Source of the DNA: a virus
Lineage: Duplodnaviria; Caudoviricetes
Direction: 5' to 3' (one strand)
Virus record (IMG/VR): IMGVR_UViG_2671180244_000004
Span: 1 to 64,000 of that record
Length of the DNA stretch: 64,000 nt
The notes beneath the pieces were generated by a model. The model saw only the letters and a program-made list of their open reading frames with translations. It ran no database searches and had not been told where the DNA came from. Of this stretch, positions 1-9,134 are shown in pieces. Position 1 is the first letter of the stretch; each line of letters opens with the position of its first letter. The position numbers were made by a program, and so were the translations under genes.

Positions 1-141
1 GAGCTGATCGACGGTATAATCAGGAAAGCTGATATTGATTGGAAATCTGGATTGCAGCCCCGGGTTTAATGATAGAAAATGATCCATTTCCTTGGAGTAG
101 CCAGCAAGAATGAGAATGAATTCGTGCTGTTTGTCCTCCAT
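1..141 (-). pseudogene. spoVK: 3' part of host spoVK (AAA+ sporulation ATPase), split by the prophage
   Basis: Minus-strand frame reads MEDKQHEFILILAGYSKEMDHFLSLNPGLQSRFPINISFPDYTVDQL, recognisable as internal SpoVK sequence. GC is higher than in the phage DNA, and similarity stops at about 147. Confidence 0.88.
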
Positions 142-1822
142 ATGTTTGAACAAGGTTTTGGTTTTTATGTGGATTATCAGAAGTCGTTCCTCCATATGAC
201 TGACCCAGTCCTTGGAGAGAATTTTGTTTTTTTGAGGAATCGTTTTTAAGAATGATCTGCATAGTGTCATCCTCATTTAAGATGACCTTTTCAATCAACA
301 GACTAATTACTTTACGTTTATCTTTTGTTTCCATTTTACTTTCTAATAATTTGTTTATTGATTTAATATACTTCATAATTTTCCCTTTTTTATTCGTGGT
401 TTCCTTTAATGATTCAAGCGTGTTTGATAAAAGGATTAAATCTTGACGTAACTGGTCTTTTCTTTCATTAAGAGATGACGTTAGGTTATCAAACATTGAT
501 TCATCAATTTTCCCTTTTCCGAAAAGAAGCACATAGTTTGTTATCTCTTGTTCAACTTGTGAAAGGCGTTTTTCATTATCGTCAATGGAAGCTGTTATTT
601 GATCAATTTTTTGTTGAGTACCAGTTTTATTAGTAAACTCTTCGACAAAGAACTCTGGGTTTCTTAAAAGCTTTACAACCCATTTCCATAACACCTCATC
701 AACAATATCTACTCGCCAGTTTTTCCCTTCACAATTTATTATTTTCACTCCTTTAATATACGTTTTCCTTCTTTTGTTGCTACAGGAGTAATATTTATAT
801 ATGCCACTTTTTGTTTTAGATGTAATACCAGAGCCACACGAGCCACCGCAGCGTCCGCATTTAACTATATTTTTTAACAAGTAATCATTTGATTTCCTTC
901 CCGAGTTTTTTGTGTTTTTTTTCAATGCCTCAAGGATCATATTTCTTGTTTCGTGGCTCCAAATTTGAGGAATTTTAATAAGTATCCATTCTTCACGGGG
1001 TCTAGGAACTTGTTTTTTTTCTCCATTAACCTGAACAACTTTAGTCTTACCGTAGTAAAAGTCACCTGTGTAATCCAAATTGTTGAACATTCTGCTAACA
1101 GATGCTTGGTGCCACGCTTCACCTTCAGGGGCTGGAATACCTATTTTTGAAAGATGCTTCGCTATTTCGTTTGAAGACATCCCTTCGTATAAAAGCATGT
1201 CTTTCATTTGGATAAGGACTGCTTTTTCTTCTTCATTAATTTCAGGTTTGTCGGTTTCTTTGTTGAAAGTATAACCATACAACCTTTTAAATGAAGGGAA
1301 TTCGCCTTTTTTTGCTTTAGCTGTTCTTCCTCTTTTAGAGTTGGCTAAGATTTTAGCTTTATTATATTGGGCGATTGATCCTTGGATGTTATACATAAGC
1401 ATAGATTCTGGATTTGTTGGGTCTACTTCGAATTCAATAAATTCAATATCGACACCCATACTCCAAATCTTCCTAGAGACAATACCTTGCAATGTATTAT
1501 CCCTTGTTAATCTATCTGGGTGGAGTACGAATATTTTCTTTCCTAGCCCTTTTTCAAGAAGATACAGCGCATGATTCAATGCAGGTCTGTTAGGGTCATC
1601 TCCCATACCACCTGGTTCAACTAATACAATAAGTTCATTTTCTTTGTAACCAAATTTCTTAATTGCTCTGTCCTTACACATTTCAATCTGAGACCCAATG
1701 GAATAACCTTTTTCTGCTTGATCTGCAGTAGATACCCTAACGTATATAAGACCATTGATTTTCCCAATAAGGTTCATAATTTCTTCAGATGTTAGCCTTT
1801 CATCTTTTTTCAATATTAGCAT
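20..1822 (-). CDS. Large serine recombinase (phage integrase, SprA-like)
   Basis: YVRVST catalytic motif, DRLTR, recombinase domain, CGRCGG/C..C zinc ribbon, coiled coil. The C-terminus runs across att into host DNA. Confidence 0.93.
   Translation of the reverse strand: MLILKKDERLTSEEIMNLIGKINGLIYVRVSTADQAEKGYSIGSQIEMCKDRAIKKFGYKENELIVLVEPGGMGDDPNRPALNHALYLLEKGLGKKIFVLHPDRLTRDNTLQGIVSRKIWSMGVDIEFIEFEVDPTNPESMLMYNIQGSIAQYNKAKILANSKRGRTAKAKKGEFPSFKRLYGYTFNKETDKPEINEEEKAVLIQMKDMLLYEGMSSNEIAKHLSKIGIPAPEGEAWHQASVSRMFNNLDYTGDFYYGKTKVVQVNGEKKQVPRPREEWILIKIPQIWSHETRNMILEALKKNTKNSGRKSNDYLLKNIVKCGRCGGSCGSGITSKTKSGIYKYYSCSNKRRKTYIKGVKIINCEGKNWRVDIVDEVLWKWVVKLLRNPEFFVEEFTNKTGTQQKIDQITASIDDNEKRLSQVEQEITNYVLLFGKGKIDESMFDNLTSSLNERKDQLRQDLILLSNTLESLKETTNKKGKIMKYIKSINKLLESKMETKDKRKVISLLIEKVILNEDDTMQIILKNDSSKKQNSLQGLGQSYGGTTSDNPHKNQNLVQTYGGQTARIHSHSCWLLQGNGSFSIIKPGAAIQISNQYQLS
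134..150. other. att junction (prophage/host boundary), approximate
   Basis: SpoVK frame (..K-H-M-E-D) breaks at about 147-150. TCCTCCATATG at 134-144 is repeated at 188-198. Confidence 0.6.
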
Positions 1823-1852
1823 TCAATCACCTCATATCTTACTTTTATGATT

Positions 1853-1888
1853 GAGGTTGGGTGCATAATTAATAATACACCCGACCTC
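1853..1888. terminator. Hairpin between the RDF candidate and the integrase
   Basis: GAGGTTGGGTG...CACCCGACCTC inverted repeat. Confidence 0.5.
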
Positions 1889-1893
1889 TAAGA

Positions 1894-2040
1894 TCATACA
1901 AGATTATACTTGTACATAAATTTCTCGAATAAATTGAAGAATTCTTCCGATCTCTTTATTTCTTCAACAAACTCTTCAACATCGGAAGTGACTTCTGTTA
2001 CAATCTTATAACTTTCAATGCATTCCCTTCTTTTGCTCAT
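1894..2040 (-). CDS. 48-aa protein, candidate recombination directionality factor (SprB position)
   Basis: Own translation MSKRRECIESYKIVTEVTSDVEEFVEEIKRSEEFFNLFEKFMYKYNLV. ATGA overlap with the upstream gene; lies between yotM-like and the integrase. Confidence 0.55.
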   Translation of the reverse strand: MSKRRECIESYKIVTEVTSDVEEFVEEIKRSEEFFNLFEKFMYKYNLV

Positions 2041-2633
2041 GATGTGGACACCTCCATAGTTGGCTTGTCGTCAATATATGAAGGAGAAAGATTGTCCAAT
2101 AACTGATTTTTCCTAATCAGGTTATCGCACATCTTATTTATGTAATATGTATAATTAACTTTCTTCTTCATCCAACTTACCTCTGTTCCAATCTCTTCAC
2201 AGATGTTAATAGGTATGCTGGACTTGTTCACCTTGCTTATATATGTGTGTGCTAATTGCTTTTCAGCGATATTCTTATATGTAAGAAAGTCTTTAATATG
2301 TACAAAGAAAACTCTGTTTTCAGGCTCTCTAAAGTTAAACAGGAAACCAGGTAAAACTCCTTCATATTCTGCAGCTTCTTTAAGATGTTTTATTTGCTGT
2401 GACTTGATCATACTCTCTGAAAAGGATACAGACTTACTCTTTGTAGACTTTAATTCCAGTGGAAACAAATGCCCGTTAGCGAATAAAATGCAGTCGTATT
2501 TATTTTTGGATACTCCAAAGCTTTGCTTCAAGGCCATTGGATTAACATCCTTAATTCTATAGAAGAACAAGCCCTGGTCTTTTGCTGACTGTTGAATATT
2601 TGCTTCAAAAACTTTGCCTAAGTTTGTGCTCAA
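2037..2633 (-). CDS. RecU-like Holliday junction resolvase (YotM-like)
   Basis: GKVFE...YD...ELKST PD-(D/E)xK motif. Probable TTG start at 2633 after AAAGGA. Confidence 0.8.
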   Translation of the reverse strand: MSTNLGKVFEANIQQSAKDQGLFFYRIKDVNPMALKQSFGVSKNKYDCILFANGHLFPLELKSTKSKSVSFSESMIKSQQIKHLKEAAEYEGVLPGFLFNFREPENRVFFVHIKDFLTYKNIAEKQLAHTYISKVNKSSIPINICEEIGTEVSWMKKKVNYTYYINKMCDNLIRKNQLLDNLSPSYIDDKPTMEVSTS

Positions 2634-2700
2634 TGAACCAATCCTTTCTTTGTGTTTAATAGTTAAATGGGGTATTCTATGATTATCAATATCTAGGAGA

Positions 2701-2979
2701 GTGTTCCAATTGACCGAACTCATCAACCACCACAACGAGTTAACTGACTATTTAAAGTCAAAAGGATTTACAGTTAGATTTCATGTAGACATGTCAGAGA
2801 ATCATTTATTTGAAAAACATTACGTTGTTTACAATGAATCAGAAACTAAAAATGCTGAACTCGTATTCAAAGCAAACGCTAAAACTAATGAAGTTGAATA
2901 CTTTTTCGTAGATAACAATCAAAACTCAGATTTAGTTGAAGAAGTGAATGCTTTAATCAAAAACTTTAAAGCTGCTTGA
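2701..2979 (+). CDS. Hypothetical protein (opposite-strand moron)
   Basis: 92-aa ORF, AGGAG RBS, followed by a terminator. Confidence 0.7.
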   Translation: MFQLTELINHHNELTDYLKSKGFTVRFHVDMSENHLFEKHYVVYNESETKNAELVFKANAKTNEVEYFFVDNNQNSDLVEEVNALIKNFKAA

Positions 2980-2984
2980 TGATT

Positions 2985-3006
2985 ACCCTTGTCATTTGAC
3001 AGGGGT
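2985..3006. terminator. Bidirectional terminator
   Basis: ACCCTTGTCA-TT-TGACAGGGGT hairpin between convergent genes. Confidence 0.7.
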
Positions 3007-3399
3007 TTAAAATTTCAATTCGATTACTTCCCCATCGATAAGCTTCACAAACTTCTTATCAAACTTATACTCCCCTAAAACAACATTCTCTAAATCAATC
3101 AAATCTAACTTGTGCAATTCTTTGCCATCTACATTTTCAATTAGAATGAAATCACTTGAATCAAACTCTGTTTTATACCAAATGACAGTTAAATTTGTTT
3201 CGATGTTAAGTTTGTTGGTTAAATACATGTAAGCTGCTTGATCTGTGTCGTCAACTACATCTCTTATTTCTTCATCATCAATATTGTTAATTACGATCAA
3301 ATTGTTTGATTTCTCATTATAGAAGTAAGTAAAATCACCTCCTTGATTTTTTAATTGATAAGCACCTTTTAAATTATGTAAGTTAATCAAATTAAGCAT
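3007..3399 (-). CDS. Hypothetical protein
   Basis: 130-aa ORF in operon. Confidence 0.7.
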   Translation of the reverse strand: MLNLINLHNLKGAYQLKNQGGDFTYFYNEKSNNLIVINNIDDEEIRDVVDDTDQAAYMYLTNKLNIETNLTVIWYKTEFDSSDFILIENVDGKELHKLDLIDLENVVLGEYKFDKKFVKLIDGEVIELKF

Positions 3400-3577
3400 A
3401 TGTATTTACGTATCTCCCTTTTTCGTTGTTGGACAAGTCTCTTGCTTCTTGCATTAACTCTTCATTATTATTGCTGAGACTGATGCCTAGTCGATTTACT
3501 TTTAAAAAATCTTTGTTATGTATCGCTTCTTCAATTGAATCTACTTGTTTTTTCATTTTATTGTGTAATTTAATCAA
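3392..3577 (-). CDS. Hypothetical protein
   Basis: 61-aa ORF in operon. Confidence 0.6.
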   Translation of the reverse strand: MIKLHNKMKKQVDSIEEAIHNKDFLKVNRLGISLSNNNEELMQEARDLSNNEKGRYVNTYA

Positions 3578-3591
3578 ACTGTTTTCTTCTA

Positions 3592-4152
3592 TTATTTAAC
3601 TCCCCTTTCATAAGCACATTGCCTACATGCTGGCTTATAATCGTTGCCAACCTTAACTTGTTGACTTGAGTCATTTGAAACTTCAAGTGATACCCATGCA
3701 TCATCTCCACAGAAAGCACAAACTGCATGATGCTTAATAACATGATCTGCTTTGGCCATGAGATATGGTACGATTCCAAATGGCTTACCGTATCGATCCA
3801 TATCTAATCCTGCAACAAATACCTTTTTACCTTGTGCAATTAGATGTTCAATGTGGCTAATCATTTGCCCTGGGAAAAATTGAACTTCATCAATGCACAC
3901 AACATCAGCTTCATTCAACAAGTCAAAGGGTAAATCAACCTTGTATTCATTTGTTATTTGTACGTTTAATGCCTCAACCTTCTTCCCGTCATGAGTAATG
4001 ATTGAGTCATCTGAATATCTGTCATCTATGGATGGCTTCAGAAACACCACTTTCTTTCCAGCTAACATAAAACGTTTGCCGTGACGCTGCAATGCTGTTG
4101 ATTTCTCAGCGAACATACTTCCTACATCAATGGTTAAAGATCCTATTGAAAT
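3592..4152 (-). CDS. tdk: Thymidine kinase (probable ATT start)
   Basis: GSMFAEKS P-loop, IDEVQF, AGLDMD, C-terminal zinc CxxC...CxxC. The in-frame extension up to ATT at 4152 follows GGAGGTGA. Confidence 0.9.
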   Translation of the reverse strand: MSIGSLTIDVGSMFAEKSTALQRHGKRFMLAGKKVVFLKPSIDDRYSDDSIITHDGKKVEALNVQITNEYKVDLPFDLLNEADVVCIDEVQFFPGQMISHIEHLIAQGKKVFVAGLDMDRYGKPFGIVPYLMAKADHVIKHHAVCAFCGDDAWVSLEVSNDSSQQVKVGNDYKPACRQCAYERGVK

Positions 4153-4319
4153 GATTCCTCACCTCCTCCAAGAATAAGTTGTCTATATCTCTTATAGTCT
4201 TCTTCACTATTAAATGAAAATACTGGAGTCTTACCCTTTTGAAACGAAATTGTACCGCCAACTTGAGATAGATATGCTTGTTTTAATGCATCTTGTTCAA
4301 ATGGGATTCTAATAGTCAT
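4143..4319 (-). CDS. 58-aa hypothetical protein
   Basis: Own translation MTIRIPFEQDALKQ...GGGEESFQ; AAGGAG RBS. Confidence 0.65.
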   Translation of the reverse strand: MTIRIPFEQDALKQAYLSQVGGTISFQKGKTPVFSFNSEEDYKRYRQLILGGGEESFQ

Positions 4320-4333
4320 ATGTAATTTCTCCT

Positions 4334-4810
4334 TTAATTGAATTTATAGATAGTCACATCACAATCACCGAGAATGTTATCAATCATTTGTTTTACAATC
4401 TTCCAGTCACCACCTGCCAATCGGCAGCCGATCCCGTATGGTATTGCAATAGAACAACCTTTATACTTACTGTAATCCGTATTGACTACGCTATTTAAAC
4501 TTTTCAAGCAAAGTTCCATAGCATCGTAGTCTGTTTGTCTTTTATTCACTCCGTAGTTATCTTGTGCGAATAAATTTGCAATTGTTTTATTTCCACTAAC
4601 ATCTACAAACTGAGTGGCACCTAATAGCCCACTTTTGCCGCTTTTAACATTCTGATTTTCACATAACCGTTTATAATCTTTGAACACATTCGGATATTTG
4701 CTTTTGATTTGTTTGGCTAATCCTGCTCCCATGACACCCTTACAGTTCACCTGGTGACAGATGATGTTTTTTGTTGTGTCTAAGATATTGCGTTCTACTA
4801 TTCGGATCAT
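4334..4810 (-). CDS. Macro domain (ADP-ribose binding/hydrolase) protein
   Basis: ICHQVNCKGVMGAGLAKQI and IAIPYGIGCRLAGGDW motifs. Confidence 0.9.
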   Translation of the reverse strand: MIRIVERNILDTTKNIICHQVNCKGVMGAGLAKQIKSKYPNVFKDYKRLCENQNVKSGKSGLLGATQFVDVSGNKTIANLFAQDNYGVNKRQTDYDAMELCLKSLNSVVNTDYSKYKGCSIAIPYGIGCRLAGGDWKIVKQMIDNILGDCDVTIYKFN

Positions 4811-4875
4811 TCCAAACCCCCTCTCAAATTCGGTTAAAAGACCGATTTTATTTAGAAATATTTGATGTGTTCAGA

Positions 4876-5331
4876 TTACCATGCAGAATAATCTGTAATG
4901 TCTTTATCAACACCACATTCTCTACACTTTACATCTACAGCTATTCCTAAATCAGTTGCTTCGAAAAAGTGATAAATACCTGAATCACATTTCTCTCGAT
5001 GCTCTTTCTTAAATTTAATTTCTTCCTTTCTCTCCTTTTCATTTAAAATAAATACGCTGCTCACTCTTAGTCGCTCAATTTCATTTTCAAGCTCTGCGAT
5101 CTTTTCATTGGACTGATACTTTTTTAATTCAATTCTTAAGTTGTCACGTTGACGTTTGATTTTATTGATATAGGATTTAACATTATCAAACATTCGTTCT
5201 TCTTCATTTCTTTCTGCAAAAGTAATTACATCTTTAATAACTCTTTCTTGTTCAGTCAAATTTAGCGCTCCTCTGATTCCATTGAATTGATAATACTTTT
5301 TAATGTATAGAATGCTCTTAAGTGATCCCAA
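4876..5331 (-). CDS. Hypothetical protein (coiled coil, C-terminal CxxC)
   Basis: ORF; true start probably about 5260. Confidence 0.65.
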   Translation of the reverse strand: MGSLKSILYIKKYYQFNGIRGALNLTEQERVIKDVITFAERNEEERMFDNVKSYINKIKRQRDNLRIELKKYQSNEKIAELENEIERLRVSSVFILNEKERKEEIKFKKEHREKCDSGIYHFFEATDLGIAVDVKCRECGVDKDITDYSAW

Positions 5332-5474
5332 TCAGATAAGTTACCTGTGTCATTTTCTAATTCACGTTGGTAACTGTTAAGTTCATCACTCGTCATGTAA
5401 TTAAATTCATCAATTTCTGCAGCTGTAAATGCAGATAAATTCGATGTTAGTTTTTTAAAATGTTTTAAATCCAA
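5262..5474 (-). CDS. Hypothetical protein
   Basis: 70-aa ORF in operon. Confidence 0.65.
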   Translation of the reverse strand: MDLKHFKKLTSNLSAFTAAEIDEFNYMTSDELNSYQRELENDTGNLSDWDHLRAFYTLKSIINSMESEER

Positions 5475-5993
5475 TTAACTCGCTTCCTTTCCCTTTGCCA
5501 TCTCTAATTTCATTTCAAGTAATTCTCTTTCAGTGATAGATATCAAAGATTTGTTTTCCTGCTCTGTTTTCGATTCTAAATAGAATGTATCGTTGTATGT
5601 GATAAACTCAATAGCACCAGTAAGGTCGTATACAAATACTAAGAAATTTAAACTTTGCATTCTAATGGCATGTGTCAGATTATTTTCTTTAATAAATTTA
5701 TCCCATTTTTTAAAGTAGTTTGAACTTTTCTTAAACTGTTTGAAAATATGACCGTCTAATTCTTGTTCTTTTTTGATGAAATGCTTATCATCAATCTCAT
5801 CAGAATATGCTTCATTTATTAAAAGACCTCCATGAAAATCATATGCTGCTTTACTCGCTAAGTCTTCGATCCCAACTAAACTTGAAATTTCCTCGTTCCT
5901 ATCTTGCATAAATTGTCCTTTGATGAAAAATCCATATTCTAGATCTCTGTGCAAGTTAGAAGTTTTCTCCACTTTGTAATAATATTTATCCAT
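5475..5993 (-). CDS. Hypothetical protein
   Basis: 172-aa ORF. Confidence 0.75.
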   Translation of the reverse strand: MDKYYYKVEKTSNLHRDLEYGFFIKGQFMQDRNEEISSLVGIEDLASKAAYDFHGGLLINEAYSDEIDDKHFIKKEQELDGHIFKQFKKSSNYFKKWDKFIKENNLTHAIRMQSLNFLVFVYDLTGAIEFITYNDTFYLESKTEQENKSLISITERELLEMKLEMAKGKEAS

Positions 5994-6040
5994 TTTCTAT
6001 TCTCATTTATATATGTTATTTGTTATTTAAAGAGCTTTCT

Positions 6041-6799
6041 TTACCATTCTAAAGCTTCTTCATTTAGCTCAATTAGCAATCTATTTACCGTATCGTAGTC
6101 TGGTCTTTCAGGAATACGTGACACATGAACAGCATCTTTCAACTCTTGATCATAGGCCTCGATCATCTCAAGCGCTTCTTCAAAACTAAACTTTCCTGAC
6201 CTGCAATCAATAAGAAAATTTCGATTTGGTCGGAACGTACTAAAGTCCCCAGTCTTAAGAATTTCAATAGCGCTTGTAAGAAGTCTAATGCAATGCATGA
6301 AAAATTTTGTATCGTACCCATGAGCATCTACTAGGTCTTTTCTTGCTGCACCGTTTGAGTTGGTGTTTTTTAGTTTCTGCATTTGAGAATGTGCGTAACC
6401 GCCAAATTTCTTTTGAATGTTCTTAGTTAAAAACAAATGTCTGTTATCGATTAATTTTTGGCCAAGAGATGTTACTCTAAGATAATCTTGATTTCTAACA
6501 AATAGTAGCTCAATGTTATTAGACACACCTTCCATTGCATCCTTAACAAATTTGTTGATATGAATAATATTGATATCAACATCATCCTTAGTGTTTTTGA
6601 AATTCTTTCCTCCACTGTTGTTATACTCATTGAAGGATTCAAGTCCTAAGTAATACTCCTTTGGCGGGATACAGATACCTTTAAAATCTTTATCAGACTC
6701 CTCTGTATTTGTCCCATAAGCATAGCTGCCAGTTGGAGCTAAGATAATCGTTCTTTCTTCTAACCAGTTGATATTCGAATTGATTTTTAATTGACTCAT
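6041..6799 (-). CDS. Pol-beta superfamily nucleotidyltransferase (RlaP/YcgL-like)
   Basis: GSYAYGTNTEESDKD motif; YDTKFFMHCIRLL. Confidence 0.85.
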   Translation of the reverse strand: MSQLKINSNINWLEERTIILAPTGSYAYGTNTEESDKDFKGICIPPKEYYLGLESFNEYNNSGGKNFKNTKDDVDINIIHINKFVKDAMEGVSNNIELLFVRNQDYLRVTSLGQKLIDNRHLFLTKNIQKKFGGYAHSQMQKLKNTNSNGAARKDLVDAHGYDTKFFMHCIRLLTSAIEILKTGDFSTFRPNRNFLIDCRSGKFSFEEALEMIEAYDQELKDAVHVSRIPERPDYDTVNRLLIELNEEALEW

Positions 6800-6951
6800 C
6801 TGTTAATGACTCCCCACATATGGAATAGTGATAATACAAGTACAGGCAATACGATTAAGTTTGTGTAGAATACTCCTGAATAAAATCCTTTAACGTATTC
6901 TTTTGGGAGTTCTTCTTCTCTTTTAATCTTTGATTTCAAAACTTTAATCAT
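6796..6951 (-). CDS. 51-aa membrane peptide
   Basis: Own translation with a C-terminal hydrophobic segment; ATGA overlap. Confidence 0.55.
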   Translation of the reverse strand: MIKVLKSKIKREEELPKEYVKGFYSGVFYTNLIVLPVLVLSLFHMWGVINR

Positions 6952-7148
6952 TTATACTACCCCTTTCGATAAAATCAACGTTTTAATGAGTTTTTAAATT
7001 CTTCAGCGACTCTTAGAACATCTTTTGTAACATTTTCGTGGAAAATAATTTGACCGTTGCTAACTATATTCATAACCACATTTTTCGAGAATTCATCATA
7101 ACTAAATTCAACTTTGTAGCTCATATTTCAACTCCTATACTTATAAAC

Positions 7149-7167
7149 TTAGGGGCAAAAGCCCCTA
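7149..7167. terminator. Terminator-like hairpin
   Basis: TAGGGGC-AAAA-GCCCCTA. Confidence 0.6.
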
Positions 7168-7722
7168 TAGTCTTTTAAACCCTTTACTAGCAATGTCGTC
7201 TATTACCCTTTGATGATATTCTGGATCATCTTCTAGAGAGTCATAAACAATCTTAGTATTAATTGATGCAGCCCACGTGAGATCCAGTGTATCTTGATTA
7301 CTTACCAAAATGAGTTTCTTAACTTTCACACGATCAAGTAAATTAGATATAGCTTCTGTTCTTAGCTTTTCAGAGCTCATAGGTTTAAGTGGATAGACTA
7401 CTGCTGTATGAATAGGATCGCCATGCTTACCCCATGTTCTTTCTTTTAAGGTGTCTATATAAATGTTATTAAGACCTCCACGATAAGCTACACCTGTTTT
7501 AAGTTTTGCTGATGCCTTCAAAAATCTTGATGCGTTTTCTAATGTGTAGGTTCTAAAAAGAATATTCTCTCCAAATAAGTGTTCACATAGCACATTAATG
7601 ACTAGGTCTAGCTTTTGATGCATATGAGTACCTGTAACAATAGCAACCCTTTCATCAGAATTTAAGAACTCAATAATTTTCTCTTCAGCTTGTTCTCTTC
7701 CATTCATAGTATCAACCTCCAT
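7165..7722 (-). CDS. Hypothetical protein (degenerate P-loop-like fold possible)
   Basis: 185-aa ORF, VAIVTGT segment. Confidence 0.7.
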   Translation of the reverse strand: MEVDTMNGREQAEEKIIEFLNSDERVAIVTGTHMHQKLDLVINVLCEHLFGENILFRTYTLENASRFLKASAKLKTGVAYRGGLNNIYIDTLKERTWGKHGDPIHTAVVYPLKPMSSEKLRTEAISNLLDRVKVKKLILVSNQDTLDLTWAASINTKIVYDSLEDDPEYHQRVIDDIASKGFKRL

Positions 7723-7769
7723 AGTTTGCTACATAACCAGTATAGAGTTGATTGGCAATAAATTAACAG

Positions 7770-8108
7770 CTAAATGTTGTTCTGCTCAAATTTTATTCTG
7801 ACAAACTCTTCATGAAGTCTATTAAACTCTTCTTTGTTTATGTACGCTTTTGTATCACCCTTGAAATCGAATAGCTTCAAGAACTCTTTATTGAGCCTTA
7901 CAGCCTTCATGGCCATAGATGAGCTTATCCAATCAGCGTCCTCTGTCAGCTGCAACGCTTCACTTAATTCAAACAGTCGCTCCAGTGCCAAAGGATTTTG
8001 ATTAGTTTTAATATGTAGCAGGTCTCTTTTTTTCTCTAGGATGTCCGATTTTAGCTTGTATTTACTTTTCTCTAATTCATTTAGTCGTTGATACATTAGA
8101 TTCACCAA
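7770..8108 (-). CDS. Hypothetical protein (probably frameshifted from an ATG near 8200)
   Basis: An upstream 41-aa ORF with RBS overlaps it in another frame. Confidence 0.55.
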   Translation of the reverse strand: MVNLMYQRLNELEKSKYKLKSDILEKKRDLLHIKTNQNPLALERLFELSEALQLTEDADWISSSMAMKAVRLNKEFLKLFDFKGDTKAYINKEEFNRLHEEFVRIKFEQNNI

Positions 8109-8228
8109 ACAACTCTACGATCTCTTCTGCTTTCTCTACATCACTCTTATTTTGGGATAAGGTTGCTTGAATTGCTTTTTTAAGCCAAAATCTCTTGTTC
8201 ATTTAATTCAATCTCCTTTTTCGTCAAT

Positions 8229-8531
8229 TTAATAAGAATACACATCTAGACTTGCATTCCCATCGATAATGTTAATCGCCTCGTTTATATCTTCTTTATT
8301 CGCCCATCTTGGAGCTCGGCCATTTTCCAATGGTACGCCATATCCTTCAATAAACTGTGTACCATTTCTCGCCCTGAATTGAGCGATATGCTCTGCATGT
8401 TCTGTTAATGTAGTGAAGTCATAGAATGTTTCTCTGAAATTCTGCATCCATTCTTCATTTAAGAAATTTTCATCAAATTCAATAGTGTATTGATCTTGTC
8501 TTTCTACATCACATGTTCTTTTAAAAGTCAT
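8229..8531 (-). CDS. Hypothetical protein
   Basis: 100-aa ORF. Confidence 0.7.
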   Translation of the reverse strand: MTFKRTCDVERQDQYTIEFDENFLNEEWMQNFRETFYDFTTLTEHAEHIAQFRARNGTQFIEGYGVPLENGRAPRWANKEDINEAINIIDGNASLDVYSY

Positions 8532-8579
8532 TATGTATCTCTCCTTTGAATTCTCATTAAAATTCAGATTTTATGTAGT

Positions 8580-8987
8580 TTAAATTGCTTTTAAATGATT
8601 CTTCTTAGATTCAGATTTCCATTTGATCAAGTTGTTATTTGTTTTATTGATGCGTCGTTTGGCATTTTCAATTGTTTTAATTGCTTCTTTATCAACACTC
8701 AGCAAGGACTTTCCGAGCGTGTCTCTAATCATACGAAGTTTCTCGTATTCGCATTTGACCTTTCTTCTTTCAATAAGAATTGTTTGACCTCTTTTAGAGA
8801 GACTCCATCCTTCACATGCATTGAAAACAGCAACTTCTAAGTCATGATAAAACTCACTAAACTCTTTATCTGTTCTACTAACTTCTTTTCTATAAAATTC
8901 AATATCCTCATCTACTTTTTTCTTGATAGCGTTTAGTTCATTTACTTTCGATTCAATTTCTTTTATGTATTTGCTTGCTTTACACAT
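8580..8987 (-). CDS. Hypothetical coiled-coil protein
   Basis: 135-aa ORF downstream of a sigA promoter. Confidence 0.75.
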   Translation of the reverse strand: MCKASKYIKEIESKVNELNAIKKKVDEDIEFYRKEVSRTDKEFSEFYHDLEVAVFNACEGWSLSKRGQTILIERRKVKCEYEKLRMIRDTLGKSLLSVDKEAIKTIENAKRRINKTNNNLIKWKSESKKNHLKAI

Positions 8988-9038
8988 TAATTTCTCCCCC
9001 TTTAATAAAAAAAGATAAACCGATTCGGCTTACCTTTA

Positions 9039-9067
9039 ATAATATATGTTATTTGTAGTTTAGTCAA
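9039..9067 (-). promoter_or_regulatory. sigA promoter with conserved spacer element ACAAATWACATA (likely SPBRE/MrpR operator)
   Basis: TTGACT-17bp-TATTAT. Same architecture at 23946, 27472, 37702 and 63005. Confidence 0.8.
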
Positions 9068-9134
9068 TATAATTTATATGTTATTTGTTTTTTATAATGG
9101 ATTAAAAAAGGGGAACACAATTAAGCGCCCACCT

